DNA from: Ignavibacteriota bacterium
GTDB taxonomy: Bacteria; Bacteroidota; Ignavibacteria; UBA10030
Assembly (NCBI GenBank): GCA_963727825.1
Contig: CAVSHO010000009.1
Span: forward strand, 800,001-864,000
Direction: 5' to 3'
Length of the DNA: 64,000 nucleotides
Position 1 is the stretch's first letter, and the number at the start of each line of letters is the position of its first letter. The translations under genes and the position numbers were made by a program. The notes beneath the pieces were generated by a model. It worked only from the letters and a program-made list of their open reading frames with translations, was not told the DNA's origin and made no database searches. Positions 52,128-63,779 of this stretch are shown here, one piece after another.

Positions 52128-52802
52128 TTAAGACAATTCGCCTTTATCGAGGTGATGAATAACCGTGGCTTTTTCAACTGCACGCGGATCATGAGTCACC
52201 ATCACAATGGTTTTTTTAAATTCTTTATTTAGGCGCTCGAGCAACGTCATAATCTCTTCGGCCGAGTGTTTATCAAGATCGCCGGTTGGCTCATCGGCAA
52301 CCAGCAATGTAGGATCTGTTACTATAGCGCGGGCAATAGCTACGCGCTGTTCTTGTCCGCCGGAAAGTTGTTTGGGATAATGCCGAGTCCTATCGCCGAG
52401 CCCGACGACATCAAGTGCAAGTTCGACATGCTTTTTACGCTCAGCTTTAGATAATGATGTTAAAAGGAGAGGGAGCTCGACATTTTCGAATGCTGTAAGT
52501 ACCGGAAGTAGATTATAAAATTGAAATACAAATCCAACATGCTGTGATCTCCATTTTGCAAGCGCCGATTCATTGAGTTTTGCAATATCGATACCGCCGA
52601 CTATAATATTTCCTTTGCTCGGACGATCAATGCCTGCAATGAGATTGAGTAGAGTTGTTTTTCCGGATCCAGACGGCCCCATCATTCCGAAAAACTCTCC
52701 TTCCTTTACTTCTATAGTAATATCATTCAGCACGGGAACTTCAAAACTGTCCCGCCAATATGATTTTGAAACATTTTGAACCTGTATAACGGTATTTGCC
52801 AT
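52128..52802 (-). CDS. ABC transporter ATP-binding protein (LolD/MacB-like)
   Basis: [27 protein letters not shown]. Confidence 0.96.
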   Translation of the reverse strand: MANTVIQVQNVSKSYWRDSFEVPVLNDITIEVKEGEFFGMMGPSGSGKTTLLNLIAGIDRPSKGNIIVGGIDIAKLNESALAKWRSQHVGFVFQFYNLLPVLTAFENVELPLLLTSLSKAERKKHVELALDVVGLGDRTRHYPKQLSGGQEQRVAIARAIVTDPTLLVADEPTGDLDKHSAEEIMTLLERLNKEFKKTIVMVTHDPRAVEKATVIHHLDKGELS

Positions 52803-52908
52803 AGTGCAATCCTTTAGTATTGAGAATTCAGGATATATAAATCAGAAAAATGTTGGGGCTTCCAATCTATTTGTATATATAGTTATATGTCACATTCCGT
52901 CTTCTTCA

Positions 52909-54096
52909 TTATTGTATTTTTACTTTTACGCCATCGACAATTGCAGCATTAATATTGTCGATGACTTTTTCTCCAGACGTTATACCGCCAAGGATTTCTG
53001 TCGACGAACCAATGCGGCGACCAACTGTAACAACAACGGAAGTTGCAACATTATCATTCACGCAATACACAATTTTCCTTCCATCTCGCTCCACAATTGC
53101 CGTTGAGGGAACTGATAAAAATGGCTTTTCCTGCATTTCACTTTTTTCCACTTGTTTGGTTAGGAATAAAACTTTTGCGCCCATTTCCGGAAGTACACGA
53201 CTGTCATAATTTCTAAATGCCACTTTTACCATAACAGTCGCTTTTGAACGGTCAGCTGTCGGAACAATCTTTGCAACATACCCCTCGTATCGCAATCCTG
53301 GATACGCATCGAGCGTTATTTCACAAGGCTGATTATTATTTACATTCTCAATATTCGATTCGGAAACGTCAGCTTCTACTTGCAGTGAAGACATATCGGC
53401 AATTGTCACGACAGCAGCTTTTGATGTCACACTTGCCGCCATCGGCACAACCATTTCTCCGATATCGGCATCTTTTGTGAGGACAGTACCGCTGAATGGT
53501 GCACGGATTATCGTATATTCCAATGCAACTTCAGCAGCTTCAACACCATCTTTTGCAAGTTCTATGGATGCCTTAACACGTTGCCATTGGCTTTCTGCGC
53601 TTTCAAAATCTGCCTGGGTCGCAAGGTTTTTTGCCAGCAGCGCTTTTTGTCGCATAAGATTTTGCTCGGCAACCTTCAAATCAGCTTCATTCACTGCTAA
53701 CGATGCTCTTGCTTGTGCCACGGCAGCGCGCATATCTGAATCTTCCAGACGTGCAATGATTTGATCCTTTACTACATGATCACCCTCCACAACACCTAAA
53801 TATACGAGGCGTCCGGTTGCCTTGGAAGCAATAGCCGCTTTTCGCTGAGCGACAACATATCCGCTTGCCGTAAGAATAGCACTGGATTGCGATGGAGACG
53901 TCCATGCTACTGTTGTCAATTTCACTTCTATAACGGGAGCAAATATTTTCTGGTAAAGAACAATGCCACCAACAATAAGAATAATTATTGTCACCGCAAT
54001 TCCGATGAACATTCCGGTTTTCCTGGGTGGGCCATCCTGTCCGCCTTGTGAGCGGTGAATGCGAAGCGCCGATAGATCGATGTTTTTTGTTTCCAT
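52909..54096 (-). CDS. periplasmic adaptor (MacA/HlyD family)
   Basis: TM anchor, ASGYVVA, VVEGD, IRAPFSG, coiled hairpin; likely start ATG 54096. Confidence 0.93.
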   Translation of the reverse strand: METKNIDLSALRIHRSQGGQDGPPRKTGMFIGIAVTIIILIVGGIVLYQKIFAPVIEVKLTTVAWTSPSQSSAILTASGYVVAQRKAAIASKATGRLVYLGVVEGDHVVKDQIIARLEDSDMRAAVAQARASLAVNEADLKVAEQNLMRQKALLAKNLATQADFESAESQWQRVKASIELAKDGVEAAEVALEYTIIRAPFSGTVLTKDADIGEMVVPMAASVTSKAAVVTIADMSSLQVEADVSESNIENVNNNQPCEITLDAYPGLRYEGYVAKIVPTADRSKATVMVKVAFRNYDSRVLPEMGAKVLFLTKQVEKSEMQEKPFLSVPSTAIVERDGRKIVYCVNDNVATSVVVTVGRRIGSSTEILGGITSGEKVIDNINAAIVDGVKVKIQ

Positions 54097-54623
54097 AGAG
54101 TATATATTTAGAATAAAAATAGATGCTTTTGGCGTTGTCACCTATAACGAACTTTGTGTTAAAAAAGTTGCAGTTTCGCAAAAAGTTGGATGATGAAAAG
54201 ATACATATTTTTTTCTTAAAATTGCTTCAATGTTACTGGCTCAACGTACACGAAAAACATTGAATAGTTATGATGATTTCGGTGGACAACGGAAGTAAGT
54301 CGGCGAACGGTGGATGTATCTAGAATTTCATGTTATAGGCCAAATTTTTTGGTGCGATTGTTCCGCCGTCAAATTAAATCCTTATTTGTAATCTTCTGTC
54401 AAACGGGATTGTATTTGAGTTACCAAGAAGTTTTTCGTTTTCTTACAGAAATGCAGGTGCCATATTATTACCTCAAAAACATATTTGTTAGAGTATTGCC
54501 AATCGCACATTAATATTAAATAATCTGTAATAGCACTTGATTGCATTAATTATTTATGTTATTTTACCATTGAGCTTAATTAAATAATGTCTATTCCTTT
54601 AAATAGATGAAGGAGAAAAAATA

Positions 54624-56039
54624 ATGGCAACGCCAAAAGATTTTTTTGATTTCGTTAAGAAGAACAATTCGGAGATGATCGATCTCAAATTTGTCGATCT
54701 CTTGGGGAGCTGGCAACATTGCAGCTTTCCAATTGATGTGATTGATGAAGATACGTTTGTAGAGGGATTAGGATTTGACGGTTCGTCCATTCGAGGTTGG
54801 CAAGGAATCCATATGTCTGATATGCTGGCCTTACCCGACCCGAATACGTTTTGCTTGGATCCCTTTTTTGCTAAACCAACAGTAAGCATAATTGCCGATA
54901 TTGTTGATCCAATTTCAAAACAGAAATATACTCGGGATCCACGTTATATCGCACAAAAGGCAGAAGAATATTTGAAGCAAACAAAGATAGCCGATACTTG
55001 CTATATTGGACCAGAACCTGAATTCTTTATTTTTGATCAAGTTCGTTATGAGCAAAATCAGCATTGTGGTATGTACGAAATTGATTCTCAGGAAGGTGCC
55101 TGGAACACTGCCAGATTTGAAGAACCAAATTTGGGCTACAAGCCAAGTTTCAAAGGCGGATACTTTCCAGTCAGTCCAACGGATACGTTTCATGATCTTC
55201 GTGGAGAGATGGTTTACGAAATGCGTAAAATCGGAATTACCGTAGAAGCGCATCATCATGAAGTTGCCACCGCCGGTCAAAGTGAAATTGATATGAAATT
55301 TACAAATTTATTGAAAATGGCTGATCAACTTATGTGGTATAAATACATATGTAAAAATGTGGCAAAGAAAAATAATAAAACTGTGACTTTTATGCCCAAA
55401 CCGATCTTTCAAGATAATGGAAGCGGAATGCATACTCACTTCTCCCTTTGGAAGGAAGGTAAACCTTTATTCGCGGGAGATGGTTATGCCGGTCTTAGTC
55501 CAATGGCTCTTAATGCTATCGGAGGCATTTTGAAGCATGCGCCAGCCATTCTTGCATTTGCCGCACCGACGACGAATTCATACCGTCGTCTTGTTCCCGG
55601 ATTTGAAGCACCAGTCAATCTGGCATATTCAGCTAGAAACCGCTCGGCTTCATGCAGAATTCCAATGTATTCTCCAAGTCCGAAAGCAAAACGTGTGGAA
55701 TTCCGCTGCCCTGATCCGAGTTGCAATGGATATCTAACCTTTTCGGCGATAATGATGGCTGCTGTTGATGGAATCCAAAACAAGCTTGATCCAGGTAAAC
55801 CATTGGATAGAGATATCTATGAAATGACACGGGAAGAATTAAAGTCTACTCCAAAAACACCGGGCTCATTGGAAGAAGCTATTATCGCATTGGAAAAAGA
55901 CAATGCCTTTTTAACTAAAGGAAGCGTCTTTACAGACGATCTTATCGAAGCTTGGATTACGTGGAAACGGGAGAAAGAATTGGATGAAATGCATCTCCGG
56001 CCGCATCCGTATGAATTTCATCTGTATTATGACAATTAA
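54624..56039 (+). CDS. glnA: glutamine synthetase type I
   Basis: FDGSS, GPEPEFF, HHHEVA, TFMPKP, NGSGMH, PGFEAP, RNRS, EFRCPD; AAGGAG RBS. Confidence 0.97.
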   Translation: MATPKDFFDFVKKNNSEMIDLKFVDLLGSWQHCSFPIDVIDEDTFVEGLGFDGSSIRGWQGIHMSDMLALPDPNTFCLDPFFAKPTVSIIADIVDPISKQKYTRDPRYIAQKAEEYLKQTKIADTCYIGPEPEFFIFDQVRYEQNQHCGMYEIDSQEGAWNTARFEEPNLGYKPSFKGGYFPVSPTDTFHDLRGEMVYEMRKIGITVEAHHHEVATAGQSEIDMKFTNLLKMADQLMWYKYICKNVAKKNNKTVTFMPKPIFQDNGSGMHTHFSLWKEGKPLFAGDGYAGLSPMALNAIGGILKHAPAILAFAAPTTNSYRRLVPGFEAPVNLAYSARNRSASCRIPMYSPSPKAKRVEFRCPDPSCNGYLTFSAIMMAAVDGIQNKLDPGKPLDRDIYEMTREELKSTPKTPGSLEEAIIALEKDNAFLTKGSVFTDDLIEAWITWKREKELDEMHLRPHPYEFHLYYDN

Positions 56040-56070
56040 TATTCTTAATTGACCTCATAGATTTCTAAAG

Positions 56071-56116
56071 AAGTCGATGGTCATAGTCGTTCATCATTAT
56101 GGCCATTGACTTTTTT
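56071..56116 (+). terminator. intrinsic terminator after glnA
   Basis: AAGTCGATGGTCATAG / TTATGGCCATTGACTT stem (with GU pairs) followed by T tract. Confidence 0.7.
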
Positions 56117-56292
56117 ATGCTCTTCCTGCAAGAATTATCAAATAGAATAGATATTGAAGCGTGGAGATATTTTATTTCCAACATCAATAAGTTAATGTTC
56201 AAGTTATTTTAGATCGTTTCTAGGAGATATATGGGTATTTTTATATTATCTTACATACTTAATTAATGTTCATTCAAAGGAGAATTGTATAC

Positions 56293-58401
56293 ATGGAAAC
56301 AGAATCACTGATGTCTAAAGAATCATTGGAAAATACTTTTGCGTGCAATGTTTTTAGTGATGTTGCTATGCGGGCACGGTTGCCTAAAAACATTTATAAG
56401 ACATTGAGAAAAACTATTGATGAAGGCTTGCCACTTGCACCGGAAGTTGCCGATATCGTAGCCAACGCCATGAAAGACTGGGCGATAGAAAAAGGTGCAA
56501 CGCACTTTACGCATTGGTTTCAACCAATGACCGGAATGACAGCCGAGAAACATGATTCCTTCATTTCTCCAACAGGCGATGGCCGTATTATTATGGAGTT
56601 TTCCGGTAAGGAGTTAATTAAAGGTGAACCGGACGCTTCCTCTTTCCCGTCTGGCGGATTGCGTTCAACATTTGAAGCCCGTGGTTATACGGCATGGGAT
56701 TGTACATCGCCGGCATTTTTCAAAGATAATACACTGTGTATTCCTACAGCATTTTGTTCCTATACGGGTGAAGCACTTGATAAAAAGACGCCACTTCTAA
56801 GATCTATGGAAGCCCTTTCAAAGCAAGCTATCCGCGTTCTTCGGTTGTTAGGTAATACTACCGCGACTCGGGTTGTTGCAATGGTAGGGCCCGAGCAGGA
56901 ATATTTTATCATCGACAAAAAAACATATGAAAAACGGAAAGATTTAATTCTTACAGGACGTACACTATTCGGTGCAAAACCAGCAAAAGGTCAAGAGTTG
57001 GAAGATCATTACTTTGGCAATTTGAAAGAACGGATTGCATCATTCATGGCAGAAGCGGATCAGGAACTTTGGAAACTCGGTGTGCTGGCAAAGACAAAAC
57101 ATAACGAAGTCGCGCCGGCTCAACATGAACTTGCTCCTATATACAGCACAACAAATATAGCAACTGATCACAATCAACTTGTAATGGAAACTTTGAAGAA
57201 GGTTGCTAATCGCCAAGGACTAGTTTGCTTGCTTCATGAAAAACCGTTTGCAGGCATCAATGGTTCGGGTAAGCATAATAACTGGTCAATGGCCACCAAT
57301 GACGGGCAGAACTTACTTGATCCCGGGAAAACGCCCCACGAAAACGAACAATTTCTTTTATTCCTTACAGCAGTTATACAAGCCGTGGATGAATATGCTG
57401 ATATATTGCGTGTTTCTACCGCAAATCCAGGTAACGATCATCGACTTGGCGCGAACGAAGCACCCCCAGCGATTATCTCGATCTTCCTCGGAGAGCAGCT
57501 AACGGATATTTTAAAGCAGATTGAAAATGGTGGTGCGAAATCCTCTAAAGTTGGCGGCGAATTAAAATTAGGCGTTACCACGTTGCCGGCATTACCGAAA
57601 GATTCCACGGATCGGAATCGAACATCGCCATTTGCCTTTACCGGTAATAAATTTGAATTCCGTATGGTAGGATCTTCAGCTTCAATAGCAGGGCCAAATA
57701 CCGCATTAAATACAATTGTTGCTGAAATCTTGTCGCGCATTGCAACTCGGATAGAGAAAGCAAAAGATATCGACGCTGAAGTTCAGACTATTGTAACCGA
57801 GATTGTTAAAAAACATAAACGAGTCATCTTCAACGGCAACAATTATACAGACGAATGGGTTAAGGAAGCGGAAAAACGTGGTTTGCCAAACATCACTTCG
57901 ACAGTAGCCGCTATTCCAGTGTTTATTAGTGAGAAATCTATAAAGCTGCATGAAAAGCATTCTGTCTTGAGCAAAGAGGAATTGCATTCACGCTATGAAA
58001 TCTCTCTTGAAAACTATACAAAGACTGTCAATATTGAAGCATTGACAATGTTGGAAATAGCGAAACGCCAGATATTGCCGTCATCTATCACGTTTGCGGG
58101 CAAAGTTGCATCAACAATCGCTTCGTTGGAAAGCGCTTCTGCAAAATCTAAATCTGCGGAAAAATTATTATTGGAATTGACTGTGACAATCGATTCCTTT
58201 GGTAAAAATATCGATGCACTTGAATCTGCGCTTAGCAAACTTAAGCATGAAGACAATGCTCTGAAACAAGCTCAATATTATCGTGATGTTGTCTTTGTTG
58301 CGATGGGAAAACTACGTGTTGATGGTGATAAGTTAGAAACAATGGTGGACGCAGATATCTGGCAATTACCGACGTACGCTGACTTACTCTTCAATATATA
58401 A
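56293..58401 (+). CDS. glutamine synthetase type III
   Basis: [68 protein letters not shown]; AAGGAG precedes ATG 56293. Confidence 0.96.
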   Translation: METESLMSKESLENTFACNVFSDVAMRARLPKNIYKTLRKTIDEGLPLAPEVADIVANAMKDWAIEKGATHFTHWFQPMTGMTAEKHDSFISPTGDGRIIMEFSGKELIKGEPDASSFPSGGLRSTFEARGYTAWDCTSPAFFKDNTLCIPTAFCSYTGEALDKKTPLLRSMEALSKQAIRVLRLLGNTTATRVVAMVGPEQEYFIIDKKTYEKRKDLILTGRTLFGAKPAKGQELEDHYFGNLKERIASFMAEADQELWKLGVLAKTKHNEVAPAQHELAPIYSTTNIATDHNQLVMETLKKVANRQGLVCLLHEKPFAGINGSGKHNNWSMATNDGQNLLDPGKTPHENEQFLLFLTAVIQAVDEYADILRVSTANPGNDHRLGANEAPPAIISIFLGEQLTDILKQIENGGAKSSKVGGELKLGVTTLPALPKDSTDRNRTSPFAFTGNKFEFRMVGSSASIAGPNTALNTIVAEILSRIATRIEKAKDIDAEVQTIVTEIVKKHKRVIFNGNNYTDEWVKEAEKRGLPNITSTVAAIPVFISEKSIKLHEKHSVLSKEELHSRYEISLENYTKTVNIEALTMLEIAKRQILPSSITFAGKVASTIASLESASAKSKSAEKLLLELTVTIDSFGKNIDALESALSKLKHEDNALKQAQYYRDVVFVAMGKLRVDGDKLETMVDADIWQLPTYADLLFNI

Positions 58402-58431
58402 TATCCATTTTTCATTGAACGCTATGGATCA

Positions 58432-58464
58432 AAAACCCGCATTTGAATTTTGAATGCGGGTTTT
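58432..58464 (+). terminator. intrinsic terminator after GSIII
   Basis: AAAACCCGCATT...AATGCGGGTTTT. Confidence 0.8.
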
Positions 58465-58490
58465 GTTTGTACCGACACTATAATAAACAT

Positions 58491-58622
58491 CCTCGCCGCA
58501 AGCAGCGAGGTATTTTGTCACTCCCGCGTACGCGGGAGTCTAATGTTCTAGATTCCTCCCGACTTTGTCGGGACAGGAATGACGACGCAAGCGTCGGTGT
58601 ATTGAACCCGAAAGAGAATAAA
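58491..58622. repeat. nested REP/MITE-like palindromic element
   Basis: CCTCGC-CGCAAGCA-GCGAGG; GTCACTCCCGCGTACGCGGGAGTCTA...TAGATTCC[TCCCGACTTTGTCGGGA]CAGGAATGAC; CGACGCAAGCGTCG. Confidence 0.75.
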
Positions 58623-58653
58623 ACAGTGTGAAAATGGAAAAGGGAGTGGAAAT

Positions 58654-60153
58654 CTAACAGGTCAAAACTACACCGAGTTCACAATCAGAACACCGCTTAT
58701 CTGAACAGTAGAACTTATAGAGTTGAATTAAAGCTTGCTGGCGACTTACGTTCTTTAATGGCAACCTTCCTTTCAATAATTGTTTTTCCATCAACAGTGT
58801 GATAGAATTGTTATCGGATGCCGGAATAGAGTGGTACACATTAAGCGCGCCTTCACGGACGGTTTTATCCTTAAAAATGCGCGCATATAACATGGCAATT
58901 GGCAAAACGGCGTTAACGATAATTTCGTGAATACGCGATGTACCAAGCGTTGTAATTCTATTTGAAGATTTTGTATCAAAGCTATAATGATGTCTCCAGA
59001 AATCGTTTGTTTCAATGCTGAAGAGTTGAATCAGTTTGCGCTCTTTTTCTATAGAGGAGATGTTGGATTTTAGCGTTTGTATGATACAGCGGAATAAATC
59101 GCTTACTAAAAACACTTTAATAAGCGAACTTGCGGCAACAAGCCGTATTGTTGGAAAATTAGAAGGACGCGTTGGAAAGAATTGCCAATCGGCAGCATTA
59201 AGAATTTCACCATGATATTGTGAGCGTAGTTCTTTCCACTTTTTACGCAAATCATGCGCATACTGTCGAGCTTCTTTCTCTTTAATACTTTTACTTTTGG
59301 GTAACAAATTAGCCGCGCCAAACATCAACGATTCTATTGTGAGATCCGAAACCGGCATTCCGAAATTTGCAATTACTTTTAATGTCATATTTTCAGCCAA
59401 CCTTAAAAAGGGCTCTCGATTCTTGCTGTAACCAAGTCCTTCCATCACGCCCTCGTAAAGAATTTGTTCCCATAGTTCTTTATTGGAAAGATCTTTTTGT
59501 GATAACTCTGGAAACGTTGGAATTTGGTTATGTTCGCCCTCAGATGGCAGTTCACCATAGGGACGTTGCCATTCGTGTAATGTCATGCGGCGCGCATGAG
59601 CAAGCTGTTTCAATCGTTCGTCAAACCGGCGAAGCTTTAATTCTAGCCGCTCAACAGCCAGTTTTACAAGCCAATGATCGAGTGCATCGGAAGTTAAAAT
59701 GTTATTCTTGTCGAAACATCGAATTGTTCCCGATTTCTTTGCACGTTCATCGAGAATGGTTTTTTGCCATATAGTCTGGATGGAATCTGAAAGAAACTGA
59801 CCAAGCACAAGAATAGGTATCTGTCTACCGCTATTGACAAACGTTGGGGGAGCGTCGCTCGTTGTTTCCAACACAACATGGAGGATGACTTTATTATAGC
59901 GTGGGTCTTCCTGATGTTGATGCTGAAGCCACTCAAATACAGTACGGTGAATCTCAACGTCACCTGAATAAGTAACGCCGCCGATTTTTATTTTTGCGTT
60001 GCAGAAATCCGGTCCGCCGTCCGAATTCAATTGGCCTACATTATAAACTTTTAGTATTTTGCCGTCTGCAGTTTGCAAATCGGCAGTAAGATACTGTTTG
60101 CTCCAAATATGCCGAAGGAATCGTTCGTGGATATTGTGTGTGCGACGGTTCAT
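58654..60153 (-). CDS. DUF2851 family protein
   Basis: ERFLRHIW, GPDF, GDVEIH, VILHVV, RPSNFPTIRL, FWRHHY, C-terminal CxxC. Confidence 0.88.
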   Translation of the reverse strand: MNRRTHNIHERFLRHIWSKQYLTADLQTADGKILKVYNVGQLNSDGGPDFCNAKIKIGGVTYSGDVEIHRTVFEWLQHQHQEDPRYNKVILHVVLETTSDAPPTFVNSGRQIPILVLGQFLSDSIQTIWQKTILDERAKKSGTIRCFDKNNILTSDALDHWLVKLAVERLELKLRRFDERLKQLAHARRMTLHEWQRPYGELPSEGEHNQIPTFPELSQKDLSNKELWEQILYEGVMEGLGYSKNREPFLRLAENMTLKVIANFGMPVSDLTIESLMFGAANLLPKSKSIKEKEARQYAHDLRKKWKELRSQYHGEILNAADWQFFPTRPSNFPTIRLVAASSLIKVFLVSDLFRCIIQTLKSNISSIEKERKLIQLFSIETNDFWRHHYSFDTKSSNRITTLGTSRIHEIIVNAVLPIAMLYARIFKDKTVREGALNVYHSIPASDNNSITLLMEKQLLKGRLPLKNVSRQQALIQLYKFYCSDKRCSDCELGVVLTC

Positions 60154-60214
60154 AATACACCTCCCTGAGTTGCATTAATCGACCAGCCAAATATTCAACA
60201 GCTCAATTACTTAC

Positions 60215-61025
60215 TTATCCAATATACATCCTCATTTCTTCCAACATTTTTTTTGCTTTTGCTCTTGCCGCTTCTGCAAAATCTTTTCCTGATGAAGCAT
60301 AGATAATGCTACGGCTTGCATTGATGATTGCAAGCTGTCCGTGTTCGTCGCAGCCATAACGAATTGCTGACTTCAAATCGCCGCCTTGCTTACCAATGCC
60401 GGGAATGAGAATCGGCATGTCCGGAACAATTTTTCGGATTCGTTGCAATTCTTTCGGATGTGTAGCACCAACAACGAGACCGATGTTTTGATTAACATTC
60501 CATTTTTTTGCAGTGTTCACGACTTTTTCGTATAGAGGTTTCGTTCCCACTTTTAAATCGCTGAAAATCTTTTGAGCCAGAATTGGAAGTAAGGGCAAGA
60601 ATAAAAATTCCTTTTTCTGAATTCGTTAGAAAAGGTTCAACAGAATCAAATCCCATATATGGATTGACTGTAACCGAATCGAAGCCGAAATCCTCAAAGA
60701 GCGATTTAGCATATCGTTCTGCCGTGTTCCCAATGTCGCCACGCTTTCCATCTCCAATAGTAAGAACAGATTTCGGAATAAGTTTCAGCGTCTCCCGCAA
60801 TACAGAGAGTCCGAGTTCTCCCATTGCTTCATAAAAAGCAAGGTTTGGTTTGTAAGCACAGACCAAATCGCCGGTTGCCTCGACGATCTGCCGATTGAAT
60901 TCCAAAACAGGGTTCGCCAATGATTGCAGATGCTGTGGAATTCTTTCTGCATCAACATCAAGACCAATACAGAGAAGAGAATTTTGTTTGATTTGGACTT
61001 CTCGAAGTCGTTGTGTAAAAACCAT
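60215..61025 (-). pseudogene. pyrF: orotidine-5'-phosphate decarboxylase split by a single-base frameshift (real or sequencing error)
   Basis: LCIGLD, YKPNLAFYE, DGKRGDIGNT in ORF 60492-61025; GLVVGAT, LIPGIGKQGG, NASRSI in ORF 60215-60598; junction near 60551-60557. Confidence 0.88.
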
Positions 61026-61030
61026 TGGTT

Positions 61031-61417
61031 CTAACCTTTCAGGAAAATTGAATAAGCAATTTCACATGTCAATAATAATAAAACGATAGAAGAAACTATG
61101 ACAAAGCGCCAATCTCGTTCTACTGCAAAACCGAAAACCGCAGTAATAACACGGAGGACAGGTGTAAACATAAGCATTACAAGTCCAACGAACATCAAAG
61201 TCACCGGATCAAATGTCGTGGAAAAAAGACGCTCCATCAAATTGCCAAGCGAAGGATTTGTGTTAAAAGCAACGATTGAAGACGGAGAAATTGTCGCAAT
61301 AAGTAATCCCAAAATCATCAAACTTGCACTGACCCAAACACCAAGTTGCAGAACGCGACTTGTCCAGCGTTCTGCAGTGTGATGTGTGCCGTTTGATATG
61401 AAATTGATATCCGACAT
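61031..61417 (-). CDS. DUF1634 family membrane protein
   Basis: Three hydrophobic segments, GLVMLMFTPVLRV, ERDWRF; adjacent to TauE. Confidence 0.8.
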   Translation of the reverse strand: MSDINFISNGTHHTAERWTSRVLQLGVWVSASLMILGLLIATISPSSIVAFNTNPSLGNLMERLFSTTFDPVTLMFVGLVMLMFTPVLRVITAVFGFAVERDWRFVIVSSIVLLLLTCEIAYSIFLKG

Positions 61418-61421
61418 ATAT

Positions 61422-62300
61422 TTATCTCAAATACAATTGAATAGAAATCCCCAATAAGGCTATTGCAAATATCCACGTTAATACTTTGCTGTGAATTTTG
61501 CGACTTATGCGAACACCTGTCATTGAGCCGGCAAGCACGCCAAGTGCAGCTGAAGAAGCAACGAAAGGATTTAAATGCCCATGTGCAAAATAAATGAACG
61601 CACTTGCTGCCGCTGTAACGCCAATCATAAAATTACTTGTTGCGGTTGCCGCCTTCATCGGAATGCCGGAAAGAATATTCATTGCCGGCACCTTGAAAAT
61701 TCCACCGCCAACGCCAAGCAAGCCAGAAACATTACCAGCGACAAGCGAAATCAGCATCGCAGCAGGTACTTTCTTCACTGTATAATGTACAGTCGTTCCA
61801 TTGGCATCGTCAGTAAGGCTACTGGGAAGAACGCCATCAGCATGAAGCATCTCTGGACCGTTTTGCTGTCGTATCCGCCAAATCATTATTACAGCAACGA
61901 AAAACATCAATCCCGAGAATAATTTTGAGAGAACAGTTGCGCTTAAATAGTTAGCAGTAATACCGCCAAGAATAGCACCGCTCACAGTTGCAATTTCTAA
62001 TAGCATTCCAAGCCGCATATGAACAATACGGCGTTCAAGGTTCATTGCCGCACCTGCGCTCGACGTAGCAATAACGGCAATAATGCTGGTCGCAATCGCT
62101 TGATGCATTGGAATATTGAGAACCATCACAAGAAATGGAATCAGCAGTACGCCGCCGCCAAGCCCGAGTAGTGCACCAAATGTGCCGGCAACAAATCCGC
62201 CGGCTAGAAGAAAAATAAAAGAAAGTATTGACAAGAGAATTCCGTGCAGTACGTGTGTGTTTGACACTTCGATAGTACGAAAAAGAAGGATAAGTTTCAA
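61422..62300 (-). CDS. sulfite exporter TauE/SafE family permease (true start probably further downstream)
   Basis: GALLGLGGG, SGLLGVGGG, ATATSNFMIGVTAAASA motifs. Confidence 0.9.
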   Translation of the reverse strand: MKLILLFRTIEVSNTHVLHGILLSILSFIFLLAGGFVAGTFGALLGLGGGVLLIPFLVMVLNIPMHQAIATSIIAVIATSSAGAAMNLERRIVHMRLGMLLEIATVSGAILGGITANYLSATVLSKLFSGLMFFVAVIMIWRIRQQNGPEMLHADGVLPSSLTDDANGTTVHYTVKKVPAAMLISLVAGNVSGLLGVGGGIFKVPAMNILSGIPMKAATATSNFMIGVTAAASAFIYFAHGHLNPFVASSAALGVLAGSMTGVRISRKIHSKVLTWIFAIALLGISIQLYLR

Positions 62301-62475
62301 ATGAACAGTCAGTCCTCTATCAATGTTCCATAAAAAATCTATGAAGCAAAGAAAAAAGAATATTTTTGCGTTATGGAGTTCATTTCTAAAAAAGAATTCT
62401 TATTTTAATTCAAGACACAAATGCTTTTGTTTAAAACCTGCACAAGAGAAGTTGATGTAACGCGGAAAAACATTC

Positions 62476-63778
62476 ATGGCTCTTGAAGTTGTAAAATTTT
62501 CCTATCTCAGTGAGTTCGTTAACTTACCGGTACTGCGGATCAGTGATAATAAACGAATCGGCAAGCTGGTGGATCTTGCTGCAACCACAATACAGGTTTA
62601 TCCGCGTGTAACCGGACTAATGGTGCGAACACATCGCGGTAAACAGCCAATCTATATTCCATGGAGCAATGTTAAGCGAATGGTGTTTAAAGAGCATATT
62701 GCAGTGGAGTATCCTGCAAACGGTGGTGAGCAACAAGCAAAGGCGGCAGAAAACGAAATTTTAATTTGTAAAACCTTCTTGGACAAACAAATTATTTCAA
62801 CCGAAGGGTACAAAATTGTCCGTGTGAACGATCTTCAACTGCTGATAGAAGACAAGGCGAAAGAGAGCACTAACCTCTGGGTGGTACACATCGACATTGG
62901 TTTCAAAGGAATTTTACGTAGGATTGGAATTTTACGTATAGTGAATGGTGCCTTCCGCTGGGTAACAGATCGCGACATTAAAGATGAGTTTGTCTCGTGG
63001 AAATATGTTCAACCGACCGCCACGTCTTCTGTTTATGCTTCAGTACCAACTAAAGACGGACGCATCGAAGTTGTCAGAGATTCATCCAGCCGATCTTGCA
63101 GACATTCTGGAAGATCTCGGAACGGACGAACGCATCGCCCTTATCGAGTCACTCGACAACTTTACCGCTGCTCAGACACTTCAAGAAATGCAATTTAAGA
63201 ATCGCTTGCAAATTGTTGAATCAATGGAACCAGTAAAGTTCGCGCCTATCATAAATGAGATGCAGATGGATGAGGCAGTAGACTTACTAGATGCATGCGA
63301 TATACAAAAACGTCAAGCGGTGTATGCAATCCTACCAACGGAAAAAGTAGCAGAGTTAAAAGAGCTTTCTACTCTTTCAATATACAGCGTCGGTAGTATT
63401 ATGAACACAGACTTCGTTACTGCAAGGTCCACAGAAACGGCAGGGATGGTACTAAAACGTATTATTACGGAATGTGAAAAATCTGAAATGTATCGATATG
63501 CGTACGTGCTTGATAATGACGAACGGCTTCTTGGTGTAGTGAGTCTACGTAGCCTTCTTCTCAGCGACGCAGATATGCTAGTTGTTGATATTATGATTGA
63601 ACAGGCTGTTTCGGTGCAAATTGATACGCGTATTCGACGCGTGGCAAAACTATTCTTCAAATATAACTTTGAAGCCATTCCTGTAGTGGATGACGATAAT
63701 AAACTTCAGGGGCTTGTATCTTTCCGCGATGCCTTAGCATCTGTGTTCCCAGAAATAAAGGAAGAGGAAACAGTTTGA
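62476..63778 (+). pseudogene. PRC-barrel + MgtE N-terminal + CBS domain protein split by a single-base frameshift (real or sequencing error)
   Basis: LDKQII..RVNDL in first ORF; HPADLADILE, VGSIMNTDF, YVLD, IPVVD in second ORF; removing one C at 63046-63047 joins them. Confidence 0.8.
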
Positions 63779-63779
63779 T

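Noticed and set aside
54190-54298. Possible decayed secreted-protein gene (MMKRYIFF / KIASMLLAQ...) joined across a T7 run
   Set aside because: Too short and no recognisable family; could be chance in AT-rich DNA
54285-54312. ACGGAAGTA...GAACG resembling part of the glutamine (glnA) riboswitch upstream of glnA
   Set aside because: No 5' CGTT strand for P1 or supporting stems, and it lies over 300 nt from the start codon
54531-54546. TAGCACTTGATTGCAT as a sigma54 promoter for glnA
   Set aside because: Lacks the invariant GG at -24 and the spacing is one base short
58443-58631. 62-aa ORF in the track
   Set aside because: It is a read-through of the terminator and palindromic repeat element, with no RBS or protein-like features
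62301-62475. M-box or other Mg/Mn riboswitch upstream of the MgtE-like/NRAMP genes
   Set aside because: AT-rich spacer with no recognisable conserved stems or terminator
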